DNA from: Alistipes sp. CAG:514
Lineage (GTDB): Bacteria > Bacteroidota > Bacteroidia > Bacteroidales > UBA932
Assembly (NCBI GenBank): GCA_000431015.1
Contig: HF986083.1
Coordinates: 25,356 to 89,355, forward strand
Direction of reading: 5' to 3'
DNA length: 64,000 nucleotides
The first letter of the stretch is position 1; every line of letters begins with the position of its first letter. This document shows positions 10,252 to 21,701 of the stretch, in pieces. Below the pieces are notes generated by a model. It was not told where the DNA came from. It saw only the letters and a list, made by a program, of their open reading frames with translations, and ran no database searches. The position numbers and the translations under genes are program-made.

Positions 10252-10917
10252 ATGAGAAAGATAATCGTTGACAAGGACTCACGAGTGACCATAGCCGCCA
10301 ACTGGGCGATTACCGCCATCCTGATCGGATGCGCGGCATATTTCATAAAGAACCTGTTCATACTTACACCGATCATCCTGTTTCTGCTCGCTTTCGCGTT
10401 CTTCGTATTCTGGTTCCACCGGGTACCTGACAGGGACACGCCGGCGGGCGACACAAGGTTGGTCACCTCTGTCGCCGACGGAAAGATTGTGATCGTGGAC
10501 AGGGTCTATGAGAAGGAGTATTTCAAGGATGACCGCATCCAGGTCTCGATCTACATGGATTTCTTCGATGTCCACACCAATTTCTGGCCGATGGACGGCG
10601 AGATCTCGTACTATAAGTACCATCCCGGGAAATACTGGCTCGCGTTCCTTCCGAAGGCTTCGGAGAAGAACGAGCACTCTTCAACAGTGATACGGAACGA
10701 CCACGGGGAAGTGCTCTTCAAGCAGATCGCGGGTACCTTCGCCCGAAGGATTGTCTGCTACTCGAAGGAAGGCATGGCTGTCGAGAGAGGCAAGCAATGC
10801 GGCATCATCAAGTTCGGTTCAAGAATTGACATGTATTTCCCGCTTGACACCGACATAAAGGTAAAGGAAGGCGACTTCACAAGAGCCTGTGAGACAGTGA
10901 TCGCTGAGCTTAAGTAG
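10252..10917 (+). CDS. psd: Phosphatidylserine decarboxylase proenzyme, archaeal-type (short form)
   Basis: 221 aa with putative self-cleavage site KFGSRIDMY (G-S pyruvoyl site). Sits in the ftsH-cdsA-psd phospholipid gene order. Confidence 0.8.
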   Translation: MRKIIVDKDSRVTIAANWAITAILIGCAAYFIKNLFILTPIILFLLAFAFFVFWFHRVPDRDTPAGDTRLVTSVADGKIVIVDRVYEKEYFKDDRIQVSIYMDFFDVHTNFWPMDGEISYYKYHPGKYWLAFLPKASEKNEHSSTVIRNDHGEVLFKQIAGTFARRIVCYSKEGMAVERGKQCGIIKFGSRIDMYFPLDTDIKVKEGDFTRACETVIAELK

Positions 10918-12253
10918 CTGACTGGTCCTTTTCTATCAGTTCCACAAGACGTTCGACGGCTTCCGTGTCCTGAATATGTCTCAGCACGGGAGTCTTTCCT
11001 TTATAGATGGTGACCTTGTGGTTGCCCTCGCCGACATAGCCCCAGTCCGCGTCGGCCATCTCACCAGGGCCGTTCACGATGCATCCCATCACGGCGATGA
11101 CGATGTTCTTCAGATGGGAAGTCCTGGCCTTGACTTCCTCGAAAGCCGCCTGCAGATCGTACATCGTGCGCCCGCATCCTGGACAGGCGACATATTCTGG
11201 CTTATAGAAACGTCTTCTGCACGCCTGCAGCATCTCGTCGGTCAGGTAGGATCCGAGTCCGGAATCCTTGACGGAGACTTGCCGGCCATCGTCACCGACA
11301 TAGGTACCGACAATTTCAAGATCATCCAACGTTCTGTCCATCAGCCTCTTTCCAAAATCACAGGCGACATCCATCAGCAGTGTCATCCGTGTGGGGGAGT
11401 CGTAGGTCGCCACGGCTTTCCTGCCGTCAAGAGCCACCGATGTCATCGACGATGTGATCCTGAGGTCATATCTCTCCGCAAGATAGGCGGCCACCGGAAT
11501 CTCGGCTTCAGGATCCTCGGTAAGCGAGACCCTGACGGTGTCGCCGATGCCTTCCGAAAGAAGGGTGGAGATCCCTACGCAGGACTTGATCCTGCCGCTG
11601 TCGCCATTGCCGGCCTCTGTCACCCCGACATGCAGAGGAAAGACCATCCCGTTGTCCTTCATCATTGACATCAGCTTGCGGTAGGCGTCCACCATAACGA
11701 TAGTGTTGCTGGATTTCAGAGACAGGACAACATTGAGAAAATCGGCGTCCATGCACATCCGAAGCCATTCCATCGCAGCCTTTGCCATCGCCTCGGAGGT
11801 GTTGCCGTAGAGGTTGGTGATGTACTCGCCCAAGGAGCCGTGATTGACACCTATCCTGATGGCCGTGCCATTCTCACGGCACACTTCGATCAGCCTGGCG
11901 AACTGCCTTCGCGCCTCCTGGTGATCCTTGTGGAAATTACCGGGATTGATCCTGACCTTCTCCACAAACGGGGCTACCATGATCGCCGTCCGCGATGAAA
12001 AATGGATGTCCGCCACTATGGGTGTCGTGACTCCAAGTTCTCCGAGCCTGGACTTGATGGACTTGACGCACTCTACGTCCGCCGGGCCAGGAACCGTTAT
12101 GCGGATTATCTCCGCTCCCGCATTCCTCAGCCTCACACATTGAGCCACAGTGGCCTCCACATCCGAGGTGTGGGTGTTGCACATTGTCTGGACAACGATC
12201 GGATTGTCTCCTCCGATCAGCACGTCGCCCACCTTTGCCGTTATCGTTCTCAT
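10910..12253 (-). CDS. ispG: 4-hydroxy-3-methylbut-2-en-1-yl diphosphate synthase (flavodoxin)
   Basis: GcpE/IspG TIM-barrel N-terminal domain and C-terminal Fe-S cysteine motif ACPGCGRT...VMGCIVNGPGE. ATGA overlap with the upstream OMP gene. Confidence 0.93.
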   Translation of the reverse strand: MRTITAKVGDVLIGGDNPIVVQTMCNTHTSDVEATVAQCVRLRNAGAEIIRITVPGPADVECVKSIKSRLGELGVTTPIVADIHFSSRTAIMVAPFVEKVRINPGNFHKDHQEARRQFARLIEVCRENGTAIRIGVNHGSLGEYITNLYGNTSEAMAKAAMEWLRMCMDADFLNVVLSLKSSNTIVMVDAYRKLMSMMKDNGMVFPLHVGVTEAGNGDSGRIKSCVGISTLLSEGIGDTVRVSLTEDPEAEIPVAAYLAERYDLRITSSMTSVALDGRKAVATYDSPTRMTLLMDVACDFGKRLMDRTLDDLEIVGTYVGDDGRQVSVKDSGLGSYLTDEMLQACRRRFYKPEYVACPGCGRTMYDLQAAFEEVKARTSHLKNIVIAVMGCIVNGPGEMADADWGYVGEGNHKVTIYKGKTPVLRHIQDTEAVERLVELIEKDQSAT

Positions 12254-13116
12254 TTTACAGTAGGATTGTTGACCTGTTGGTAGGCCTCGCGTCTAAGCTG
12301 GGCCTTGTTGCGGCCTGTTCTTCTTGTCAGTTGGAAATAGACTCCGGCGGTCACGACCACGTCAAACGGGTAGGCGAACCTGTAATAGTCCTTGCTCACG
12401 TAGTCCGGATCGTAGATCGTACCCCAGGAATATCTCAGATTGGCGTTGATGTGGAATTCGACGGGATCGAACACAAGTCCGAAACCAAGCCCGCCACAGA
12501 TGCCGTAGTCAAGGCGCCTGTCCGTCTCCAGAAATGAGTTCAGGATGGCCTCGTCCACGTTATCGCCTGTCCTTCTGATGCCAAGCCTGTAGCCTGCATA
12601 GATTCCCAGGTCGGCCATGACCTTGTAGTGGAGTCCGTCGATGTGCATGTGGGCCATGAAAGGAAGCTCAGCCACATCGATTATGGCCTGGGTCGCGCCC
12701 TCGATGTCAGGAGTGGTCTGCGTGTCCTTGTTCTCCTTGAACTTGTAGCCCTCGTGACTGTAGCGCAGACCCACCTTGAAACCGAAGTAGGGGAGGTAGC
12801 CGAACATCTTTCCGTACCTTGTGTAGAAGACTCCGAAGGTGTTCGGCACGAACAATGTGGTCTGCGTGTAGGGCGGATTGAATGTCATCCTGTTGAACGA
12901 CACGCCGTACTCGACGCCGATCATGGAATAGTCGTTGATCTCGAAGACCCTGTCTACCTTGACCGTGTCCAGATAGATGTCCGAATACTCCTGCGGAACC
13001 GTCAGACTGTCAGCGGTAGCCACGGGGACAACCAAGGAATCGACCGGATTCTGTGCCTGGCAGACAAAGCCGACGAGGACGGCGATGGATGTAAGAATAT
13101 GTTTGATTGACTTCAT
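12250..13116 (-). CDS. Outer membrane beta-barrel protein (porin/OmpA-like beta-barrel family)
   Basis: Signal peptide (MKSIKHILTSIAVLVGFVCQAQ), alternating amphipathic beta-strands rich in Y/G, C-terminal aromatic-rich strand. Confidence 0.6.
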   Translation of the reverse strand: MKSIKHILTSIAVLVGFVCQAQNPVDSLVVPVATADSLTVPQEYSDIYLDTVKVDRVFEINDYSMIGVEYGVSFNRMTFNPPYTQTTLFVPNTFGVFYTRYGKMFGYLPYFGFKVGLRYSHEGYKFKENKDTQTTPDIEGATQAIIDVAELPFMAHMHIDGLHYKVMADLGIYAGYRLGIRRTGDNVDEAILNSFLETDRRLDYGICGGLGFGLVFDPVEFHINANLRYSWGTIYDPDYVSKDYYRFAYPFDVVVTAGVYFQLTRRTGRNKAQLRREAYQQVNNPTVK

Positions 13117-13130
13117 GCGCCTACATTTGA

Positions 13131-14924
13131 TTATTTGAAGAACTCCGACAAGTCCAGATCCTGGCTTATCTCACTGCGCTCCGGAATCTCAAACAGATCG
13201 CTGTCCATTGTCATCAGGAATCTGACCTTCTCCGGCTGCCTGTGAGCCAGCAGGTTACCGGTGTCCACGATGCCGTTGCGGTTCAAGTCCTCGGTGATCC
13301 TCAGGGAATACTTGTTTTTCTTCAGATAAGGGAAGAGCAGCGACGTGTCAGACTCCACGATATAGCTTCTGAGAATCTTGGCTTTCCTCTCGTCCAGCAA
13401 GTCGATGATGTACTTGTTGCCGTTCACGCCGGTAAGATTAAGGGTGAACGAACTCAGGTCGTCACCATTAGGGAGGGACACCTTAACTTCCGTACTGTCA
13501 TTCCAATAGCCGTTGATGTCCATGAATGATCTTTGAGGAACCTTGAAGAAATATTCATAGCCCGTCTGGATCCTGACCTGAGGGGTTATGTCGTATTTTC
13601 TGAGGTTCAGTGAGTCCCGGCGGATGGTGAATTTCTCGATCTGTTCCTTTTGCTTCGGGTTGATCGACTTGAAGATCAACGAGTCGAAGTTGCCCAGAAT
13701 CGGAGGATTGTCAAACACCAGGGAGAAGCCATGCTGCTCGAAGGTCTCCGGCTCGGCCTTGAGGGACAACCCGCAGATCGTGTCCTTATGCTCGATTTTC
13801 TTCCGGGCGCTCCTGGACTTCGGCTTGTTTTCCTCCACCAGACTCACTTTCTCCGTCACCGGTTGAAGCACGCCAAGAGTGTCTGTCTTCCAGTACTTTA
13901 CAAAAAGGTGCAGAGAATCCGGCATACTCCTCTGGCTGTTCAGCCAAAGAAGAAGGCTGTCCTTCTCGATGTTGAATTCGGTGATCACATCACGCGCCGG
14001 AAATCCATGGAACCAAAGAGAGTCTATCCTTGTGTCAGGAGCCATGAACGTGACGTAGGCAGATCGCGCGCCGGTTCTGACCTTGTTCATCAGCAGCTGC
14101 TTGGACGGTTTTTCCCTGAAGACATTGAGCCTCAGCTCGGCCTTCCTCGACTGGCACGCGAGGGTGTCCTTCATGTCGTATTTCCTGAGTTCGGCCACAG
14201 TGTCATTCACGACATTGACGGGTCTGAACAATGTGTCCAGAAAAGCGATGCGATCCTCGTCCGGATCATAGATGTTGTTGCCGTTGCCGTCCACGATGGC
14301 GTAGACACGGAAGACGGTGTCCTGGATGTTCCTCAGCGAGAAGTACCCCCAGTCATCGGTCTTGACCGCGGCGACAGGCCTCCGCAGGAACACCGCCGAG
14401 TCGCTCTGATCCTTGTAGAGCATGACCGTTGCTCCTTTTATCGGCTTCAAAGTGCTGCAGTCCTGGACGATACCTGTGACGAACATGGAATCCACGGTCT
14501 CTCCCGTGGTGAAAGCCGTCGTGAAGCCAGGGAACATGTTCCCTTCGTTGTTGTCGGCGATGGCGCCTGTGAGATCAAGGGTGTAGGTCGTGTTCGGGAG
14601 AAGGTCTTCCTCGAAATAGACCACCAGGCTTTTCCCTTTTATCTTGTACTTTGGACTCTTCTTCTGGGGAGGGGAGAGGAATATGCCTTTGGGATCCTTG
14701 ACCGTGACATACTCGTCAAAAGTGAAGACGACCTTGGTGCCATGCACAGGTACTGAGGCGGTTCCGGGAGCCGGGACGACTCTTCTGATCACCGGAGGCA
14801 AGGTGTCCTTCGCTCCTCCTGTCGGAGCCTGCGTGGTGTTGGCGCACGATGGCTGGAAGACGGACAGCGCCAGAAGCGCCGCCGCCGGAATTATGGGAAA
14901 GAATCTTGAAAGTATATTTTTCAT
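13131..14924 (-). CDS. Lipoprotein with Ig-like and carboxypeptidase-regulatory-like (CarbopepD_reg) domains
   Basis: Signal peptide ending in a lipobox-like SVFQPSC. Segment FVTGIVQDCSTLKPIKGATVMLYKD...DDWGYFSLRNI is typical of the CarboxypepD_reg fold. Confidence 0.5.
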   Translation of the reverse strand: MKNILSRFFPIIPAAALLALSVFQPSCANTTQAPTGGAKDTLPPVIRRVVPAPGTASVPVHGTKVVFTFDEYVTVKDPKGIFLSPPQKKSPKYKIKGKSLVVYFEEDLLPNTTYTLDLTGAIADNNEGNMFPGFTTAFTTGETVDSMFVTGIVQDCSTLKPIKGATVMLYKDQSDSAVFLRRPVAAVKTDDWGYFSLRNIQDTVFRVYAIVDGNGNNIYDPDEDRIAFLDTLFRPVNVVNDTVAELRKYDMKDTLACQSRKAELRLNVFREKPSKQLLMNKVRTGARSAYVTFMAPDTRIDSLWFHGFPARDVITEFNIEKDSLLLWLNSQRSMPDSLHLFVKYWKTDTLGVLQPVTEKVSLVEENKPKSRSARKKIEHKDTICGLSLKAEPETFEQHGFSLVFDNPPILGNFDSLIFKSINPKQKEQIEKFTIRRDSLNLRKYDITPQVRIQTGYEYFFKVPQRSFMDINGYWNDSTEVKVSLPNGDDLSSFTLNLTGVNGNKYIIDLLDERKAKILRSYIVESDTSLLFPYLKKNKYSLRITEDLNRNGIVDTGNLLAHRQPEKVRFLMTMDSDLFEIPERSEISQDLDLSEFFK

Positions 14925-14953
14925 TGCGGATCGTGAATATTCAAAAATCGGAC

Positions 14954-17176
14954 TTAGATCTCTGTTCGGACGACTCTTTTTATGCCATCGATGGAACTCA
15001 GCTTACGGATCATCCGCTCCAGAACCGCCTTGTCATGGACATAGAGGTCGATGTAGCCGGAGAATATTCCCTCCTCCGAACTCAGGCAGATCTTGCGGAT
15101 GTTCACGCCCATGACCAGCGTGATGTAGCGTGAGATCTCGTTAAGGAGACCGACCCTGTCAAGACCGTTGATGGACAGGCGCGCGAGGAATGACTTCTTC
15201 TCGTCATCCTCCCACTGCGGGACAACCACCCAGTCTCCGTGCTTGGAGGCGATGCTGTCGGCCACCGGGCAGGACTTCTTGTGCACGGTGACGGTTCCGT
15301 CAGGAGACTTGATGCCTATCACCGGATCCCCGGGTATCGGACGGCAGCATGTGGCGATGGTGTAGCCGTCATTCTCCTTCTTCACGCTCATCCTCTTCTT
15401 GCCGAACCAAGGGAACGACCACGAATGGCTCCTGTCCGCCTTTCCGGAGGCAAGTACTTCCGGCAGGTCAGCGCCCAGCTTCACCGTCCCGATGCCGATG
15501 CGGAAGAACATCTCCTCCACATTGCCTCCCGGGATAGAGAAATGATTGATTAATATGCCGATGGTGTCATTGTTCATCCTATAGCCCAGTGACTCCAAAT
15601 GGTCGGCGAGCATTTTCTTTCCCAACTCGGCGATCTCTTTCTTCTGACCTTTAAAATAGTCAATCACCATGTTGCGGGCATGCCTTGTCTGAAGGAACTG
15701 AAGCCACTCCTTCTTCGGATGCTCAAGCTCGGCTGTGATGATCTCGACCTGGTCACCGCTCTTAAGGACGTGCGACAGAGGCACAAGCTTCATGTTGACC
15801 TTGGCCGCTATGGCCTTGTTGCCGATCTCCGTGTGGATGTTGTAGGCGAAATCCAAGGCGGTGGAGCCCTTGACGATGGATTTTTGCTCTCCTTTAGGAG
15901 TGAAGACGGTTATCTCGCTGCTGGTCAAGTCATTGTGGATGATGTCCAGCAATTCAAGGGCGTTCACGTCCGGATTGACCAGTATCTCCTTGATCTTTGC
16001 CAGCCACTTGTCCATCTCGCTGTCATTCTCGCTGATGTAGCCTTCCTGCTTGTAGGTCCAGTGGGCGGCGATTCCTTTCTCCGCTATGTCATCCATCCGC
16101 TTTGTCCTGATCTGGACCTCGATCCAGATTCCTGTCTCGCTCATCAATGTGCAGTGCAGCGCCTCGTAGCCGTTGCTCTTGGGATGCTTCACCCAGTCTC
16201 TCACACGATCCGGCTTGTAACGGTAGATGCCGGTTATGATCGAGAACACGTGGTAGCATTGGTCACGCTCGCTTTCCTTGCTGTCAGCGTCGGGAGTGAA
16301 GACTATCCTCAAGGCGTAGAGGTCGTAGACCTGGTCGAAGGTGATGTTCTTCGTCTGCATCTTGTGCCACACCGAGTATGGTGTCTTGACCCTTTTGCGG
16401 ATCTCGAAATTGAATCCCGCCTTCCGTAGAGCCGAGTCGATAGGTTTGATGAAGTCGTCGATCTGCTTCCCAAACCCGTTCAGGTTACTGTTGATCAGGC
16501 CGCTGATCTCCTTGTAGGCATCAGGCTCCTTGTACTTCAGCCAGATGTTCTCCATCTCCGACTTGATCTCGTAAAGACCGAGACGATGAGCCAGAGGAAT
16601 GAATATGAACATGGTCTCGCTGAGGATCTTGTCGCGCTTGTACTCCGGCATGAACTCGATGGTCCGGCAGTTGTGAAGACGGTCCGCCAGCTTTATCAGC
16701 ACAACCCTCACATCGTCATTGAGGGTGAGGAGGATCCGCTTGAAGTTCTCCGCCTGGATGCTCTTGGCGTCGACTTCGTTGAGTTTCTTGCTGCGGTCCT
16801 CGTTGTCCAGCACGTTCTTGATTTTGGTCAGACCGTCCACAAGACTGGCTATCTTGTCGCCGAACTGGCTCCGGATGTCGTCCACGGTGTAGTCCGTGTC
16901 CTCCACAACGTCGTGGAGAAGGGCGGCGGCTATTGACTTGTAGCCAAGACCGATGTCGCTGACGACGATCTTGGCCACTTCGATAGGGTGGATGATGTAC
17001 GGGCCGCCGGAGCGCCTGCGGACATTCTTATGGGCTTCGTTGGCGAAATCGAAAGCCTTCTGCACCACATCCAGCTCCTGCTGGTTGGCGCAGCGCTTTT
17101 CCGCCGCGGCTTTAAGCTGGGCATAACTCTGCCGGATCAGCTCGTAGTCTTGTTCTGTGAATTGTGAGAAACTCAT
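14954..17176 (-). CDS. relA: Bifunctional (p)ppGpp synthetase/hydrolase, RelA/SpoT family
   Basis: HD domain (RRSGGPYIIHPIEVAKIV), RelA_SpoT synthetase domain, TGS and C-terminal ACT domains; 740 aa. Confidence 0.95.
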   Translation of the reverse strand: MSFSQFTEQDYELIRQSYAQLKAAAEKRCANQQELDVVQKAFDFANEAHKNVRRRSGGPYIIHPIEVAKIVVSDIGLGYKSIAAALLHDVVEDTDYTVDDIRSQFGDKIASLVDGLTKIKNVLDNEDRSKKLNEVDAKSIQAENFKRILLTLNDDVRVVLIKLADRLHNCRTIEFMPEYKRDKILSETMFIFIPLAHRLGLYEIKSEMENIWLKYKEPDAYKEISGLINSNLNGFGKQIDDFIKPIDSALRKAGFNFEIRKRVKTPYSVWHKMQTKNITFDQVYDLYALRIVFTPDADSKESERDQCYHVFSIITGIYRYKPDRVRDWVKHPKSNGYEALHCTLMSETGIWIEVQIRTKRMDDIAEKGIAAHWTYKQEGYISENDSEMDKWLAKIKEILVNPDVNALELLDIIHNDLTSSEITVFTPKGEQKSIVKGSTALDFAYNIHTEIGNKAIAAKVNMKLVPLSHVLKSGDQVEIITAELEHPKKEWLQFLQTRHARNMVIDYFKGQKKEIAELGKKMLADHLESLGYRMNNDTIGILINHFSIPGGNVEEMFFRIGIGTVKLGADLPEVLASGKADRSHSWSFPWFGKKRMSVKKENDGYTIATCCRPIPGDPVIGIKSPDGTVTVHKKSCPVADSIASKHGDWVVVPQWEDDEKKSFLARLSINGLDRVGLLNEISRYITLVMGVNIRKICLSSEEGIFSGYIDLYVHDKAVLERMIRKLSSIDGIKRVVRTEI

Positions 17177-18153
17177 ACTTCTACCAAATCATTATCACCA
17201 GTCTTGTTGATCTCCGAAAGGCCGCGGCTTTCCTCGTCCAATGTCTGGAAAGAACAGGAGAACTGCGCCCCATACATAATTATAAGCCATCCGAACCTCA
17301 TCCAGATCATGAAGAGGGGGATGGCCGCGATAGTTCCGTACACAGCGTTGAGTCTCATCACAAACACCTGTGTCTCAAGGTAAAGGTACTGGAGCAAAGT
17401 GAAAGCGACACCCGCTATGATGGCCGCCTTGAACGCGTTGCCGTACCTGACCTCGGTCGCCGGGATGTACTTGTACATCGCCGAGAAGATCAAGGTCGCC
17501 ACGGCTCCCGTGGTGACCCAGCCCAGGAAGGATTTTATCGATGCGGTGACACCGATCCAGTTAGGAACGAGATCAAGCACGTGTGAGTAGACGATGGTTC
17601 CGGAATATAGGATAAGCACGACAAACGGGGTCAGGAACAGCAGCACGAGATCCAGTCCAAAACTCTTGAAGAAAGATCTTTTCCGGACATGCCAGACATT
17701 GTTGAACACTGTCTCCACACGCATCATCATCCAGATCACAAGCCAGACGAACGCCAGCGCGCTCACAAGGCCGAACAGGCCGTTGGTGGCCGAAGACAGT
17801 ATCTTGTCAGCCGAATTAAGGATCATGTCGATGATCTCCTGATTGACATTCGATAAGTACAGCAGATCCTTAAGCTTGTCGGCAAGTCCGAATCCATTGG
17901 TGACCGCGAAGGCCACGGCGATGAACGGGACAAAAGCCATCGTGCAGAAGTAGCTGAGCGCCACGGTCTGAAAACCGATGGCGTGGTCAGCGAAGTCCTT
18001 GAATGTCTTGGTGACGGCCCTGCTCATCCGGACAAAGCGAGCCTTGGCCTTTGGCAGCTCGGTCACTTCGATCGACCAGATGCCGTTCCGGAAGAAATCC
18101 ACCATCCTCCGGAAAAACCTTACGCAATTATCCACAAGACACTTAAGCATCAT
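17173..18153 (-). CDS. yihY: YihY/BrkB family inner-membrane protein
   Basis: Polytopic membrane protein with YihY/virulence factor BrkB family pattern; 4-nt overlap with relA. Confidence 0.8.
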   Translation of the reverse strand: MMLKCLVDNCVRFFRRMVDFFRNGIWSIEVTELPKAKARFVRMSRAVTKTFKDFADHAIGFQTVALSYFCTMAFVPFIAVAFAVTNGFGLADKLKDLLYLSNVNQEIIDMILNSADKILSSATNGLFGLVSALAFVWLVIWMMMRVETVFNNVWHVRKRSFFKSFGLDLVLLFLTPFVVLILYSGTIVYSHVLDLVPNWIGVTASIKSFLGWVTTGAVATLIFSAMYKYIPATEVRYGNAFKAAIIAGVAFTLLQYLYLETQVFVMRLNAVYGTIAAIPLFMIWMRFGWLIIMYGAQFSCSFQTLDEESRGLSEINKTGDNDLVEV

Positions 18154-18159
18154 CTTCCC

Positions 18160-20265
<2,106 letters not shown>

Positions 20266-20279
20266 CTATGTAAAGATTA

Positions 20280-20287
20280 CAAATTTA
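20280..20287 (-). promoter_or_regulatory. -7 box TAAATTTG for the ligA-yihY-relA-...-ispG gene string
   Basis: Exact TAnnTTTG match 27 nt upstream of the ligA ATG (20253). Confidence 0.4.
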
Positions 20288-20398
20288 ACGAAAAATGTCG
20301 GCATTTTACTAAAATCACCCCGGAAGATTATTGAAGATTTCTGACATGGCCAAGGCTGGTCTCATTTGATTAGTTTTTGAAAAATTAAAAGTGTTTCT

Positions 20399-20406
20399 TA
20401 AATTTG
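20399..20406 (+). promoter_or_regulatory. -7 box TAAATTTG upstream of pfk
   Basis: Exact TAnnTTTG match 44 nt upstream of the ATG. Confidence 0.35.
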
Positions 20407-20449
20407 TGGCCGGATTTAACGAACATACAAATTTCTAAATCATTCGTAT

Positions 20450-21679
20450 ATGAAAGATTCTATCATCATTCTGTGCGGCGGCGGCCCGGCACCGGGAATG
20501 AACACCGTCGTGTTCTCAGTCGCCAAGACTTTCCTTTCCAACGGCTACAGGGTCATCGGACTTCACGAAGGCTACACCGGACTCTTCCGTAAGGACGCCC
20601 GCACCGAAGACATCGATTTCCTCAAGGCTGACGCCTACTTCAACAGGGGAGGATCCTACCTCCAGATGAGCCGCTTCAAGCCGACAGACAAGGATTTCGA
20701 GGAGAATTTCAACCTGGCCCTTTTCCAGGACAACAATGTTAAACTTCTCGTCACCGTGGGTGGAGACGACACCGCCTCCACAGCCAACAGGATCGCCAAG
20801 TTCCTTGAGGCCAAGAACTATCCTATCAGCAACATCCACGTCCCTAAGACGATTGATGACGACCTTCCGTTGCCTCACAACGCCCCTACCTTCGGATTCA
20901 ACTCCGCAAAGAACGAGGGTGCGCACATCGCCCGCACCGTCTATGAGGATGCCCGCACATCAGGCAACTGGCTCCTTATCTCGGCCATGGGCCGCAGCGC
21001 GGGTCATCTCGCCCTCGGAATCGGCGAGGCCACGCACTGCCCGATGACCATCATCCCGGAGATGTTCAACAAGACCACGATCACTGTTGACAAGATCATC
21101 AAGCTCACAGTCTCGACCATCATCAAGAGAATGATCCTCGGCATCCACTACGGTACGGTCGTTGTCGCCGAAGGCGTGTTCCATGACCTTGATGCTGAGG
21201 ACATCAAGGCCACCGGCGTGCACATGACCTACGACGAGCACGGCCATCCGGAGCTCGGCAAGATCTCCAAGGCCGTCCTCTTCAACGACATCCTTGAGAA
21301 GGAGTTCAAGAAGATCGGCATCAAGGTGAAGACCCGTCCTGTGGAGATCGGCTACGATGTCCGCTGCCAGGATCCTGTGGCCTACGACCTGTCCTACTGC
21401 ACGGAGCTTGCGCTCGGAGTCTATGAGCTCTTCTCAAAGGGCGAGACCGGATGCATGGTCTACGTGGACGAGAACGGCAACGCCAACCCTCTCTACCTGA
21501 AGGATCTCCAGAACGAGGAAGGCAAGATTCCTCCTCGCCGTGTGGACATCGAAGGCGGAATAGCCCGCAACTACTACGGACACATCTGCCACTACATCAC
21601 TCCTGCCGACTATGAGGCCGCCAAGGCTTTCATCGCCAATCCTGAGGAGTATGACTTCAAGAAGATCCTTAACTGGTAA
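20450..21679 (+). CDS. pfkA: 6-phosphofructokinase, probably pyrophosphate-dependent (PPi-PFK)
   Basis: PFK fold. GGDD (VTVGGDDTASTA) instead of GGDG, and PKTIDDD with Lys instead of Gly. Both substitutions are diagnostic of PPi-dependent enzymes. Confidence 0.85.
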   Translation: MKDSIIILCGGGPAPGMNTVVFSVAKTFLSNGYRVIGLHEGYTGLFRKDARTEDIDFLKADAYFNRGGSYLQMSRFKPTDKDFEENFNLALFQDNNVKLLVTVGGDDTASTANRIAKFLEAKNYPISNIHVPKTIDDDLPLPHNAPTFGFNSAKNEGAHIARTVYEDARTSGNWLLISAMGRSAGHLALGIGEATHCPMTIIPEMFNKTTITVDKIIKLTVSTIIKRMILGIHYGTVVVAEGVFHDLDAEDIKATGVHMTYDEHGHPELGKISKAVLFNDILEKEFKKIGIKVKTRPVEIGYDVRCQDPVAYDLSYCTELALGVYELFSKGETGCMVYVDENGNANPLYLKDLQNEEGKIPPRRVDIEGGIARNYYGHICHYITPADYEAAKAFIANPEEYDFKKILNW

Positions 21680-21701
21680 GACTTGAACACCTAAGGCTCA
21701 G

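Noticed and set aside
15599-16429. Long plus-strand ORFs antisense to real genes: 15599..16429 (276 aa), 13650..14756 (368 aa), 30990..32336 (448 aa), 47768..48946 (392 aa), 51021..52184 (387 aa), 52662..53951 (429 aa), 18895..19884 (329 aa), 10976..11668 (230 aa), 22332..22994, 25388..26044, 58613..59632 and others
   Set aside because: Each lies fully inside a well-supported gene on the opposite strand (relA, lipoprotein, rlmD, ABC-F, valS, ligA, ispG, GH13, dikinase-like, CoA-transferase). The translations are Arg/Gly/Pro/His-rich, low-complexity and carry no recognisable motifs. This is the usual stop-codon depletion on the antisense strand of GC-rich coding DNA.
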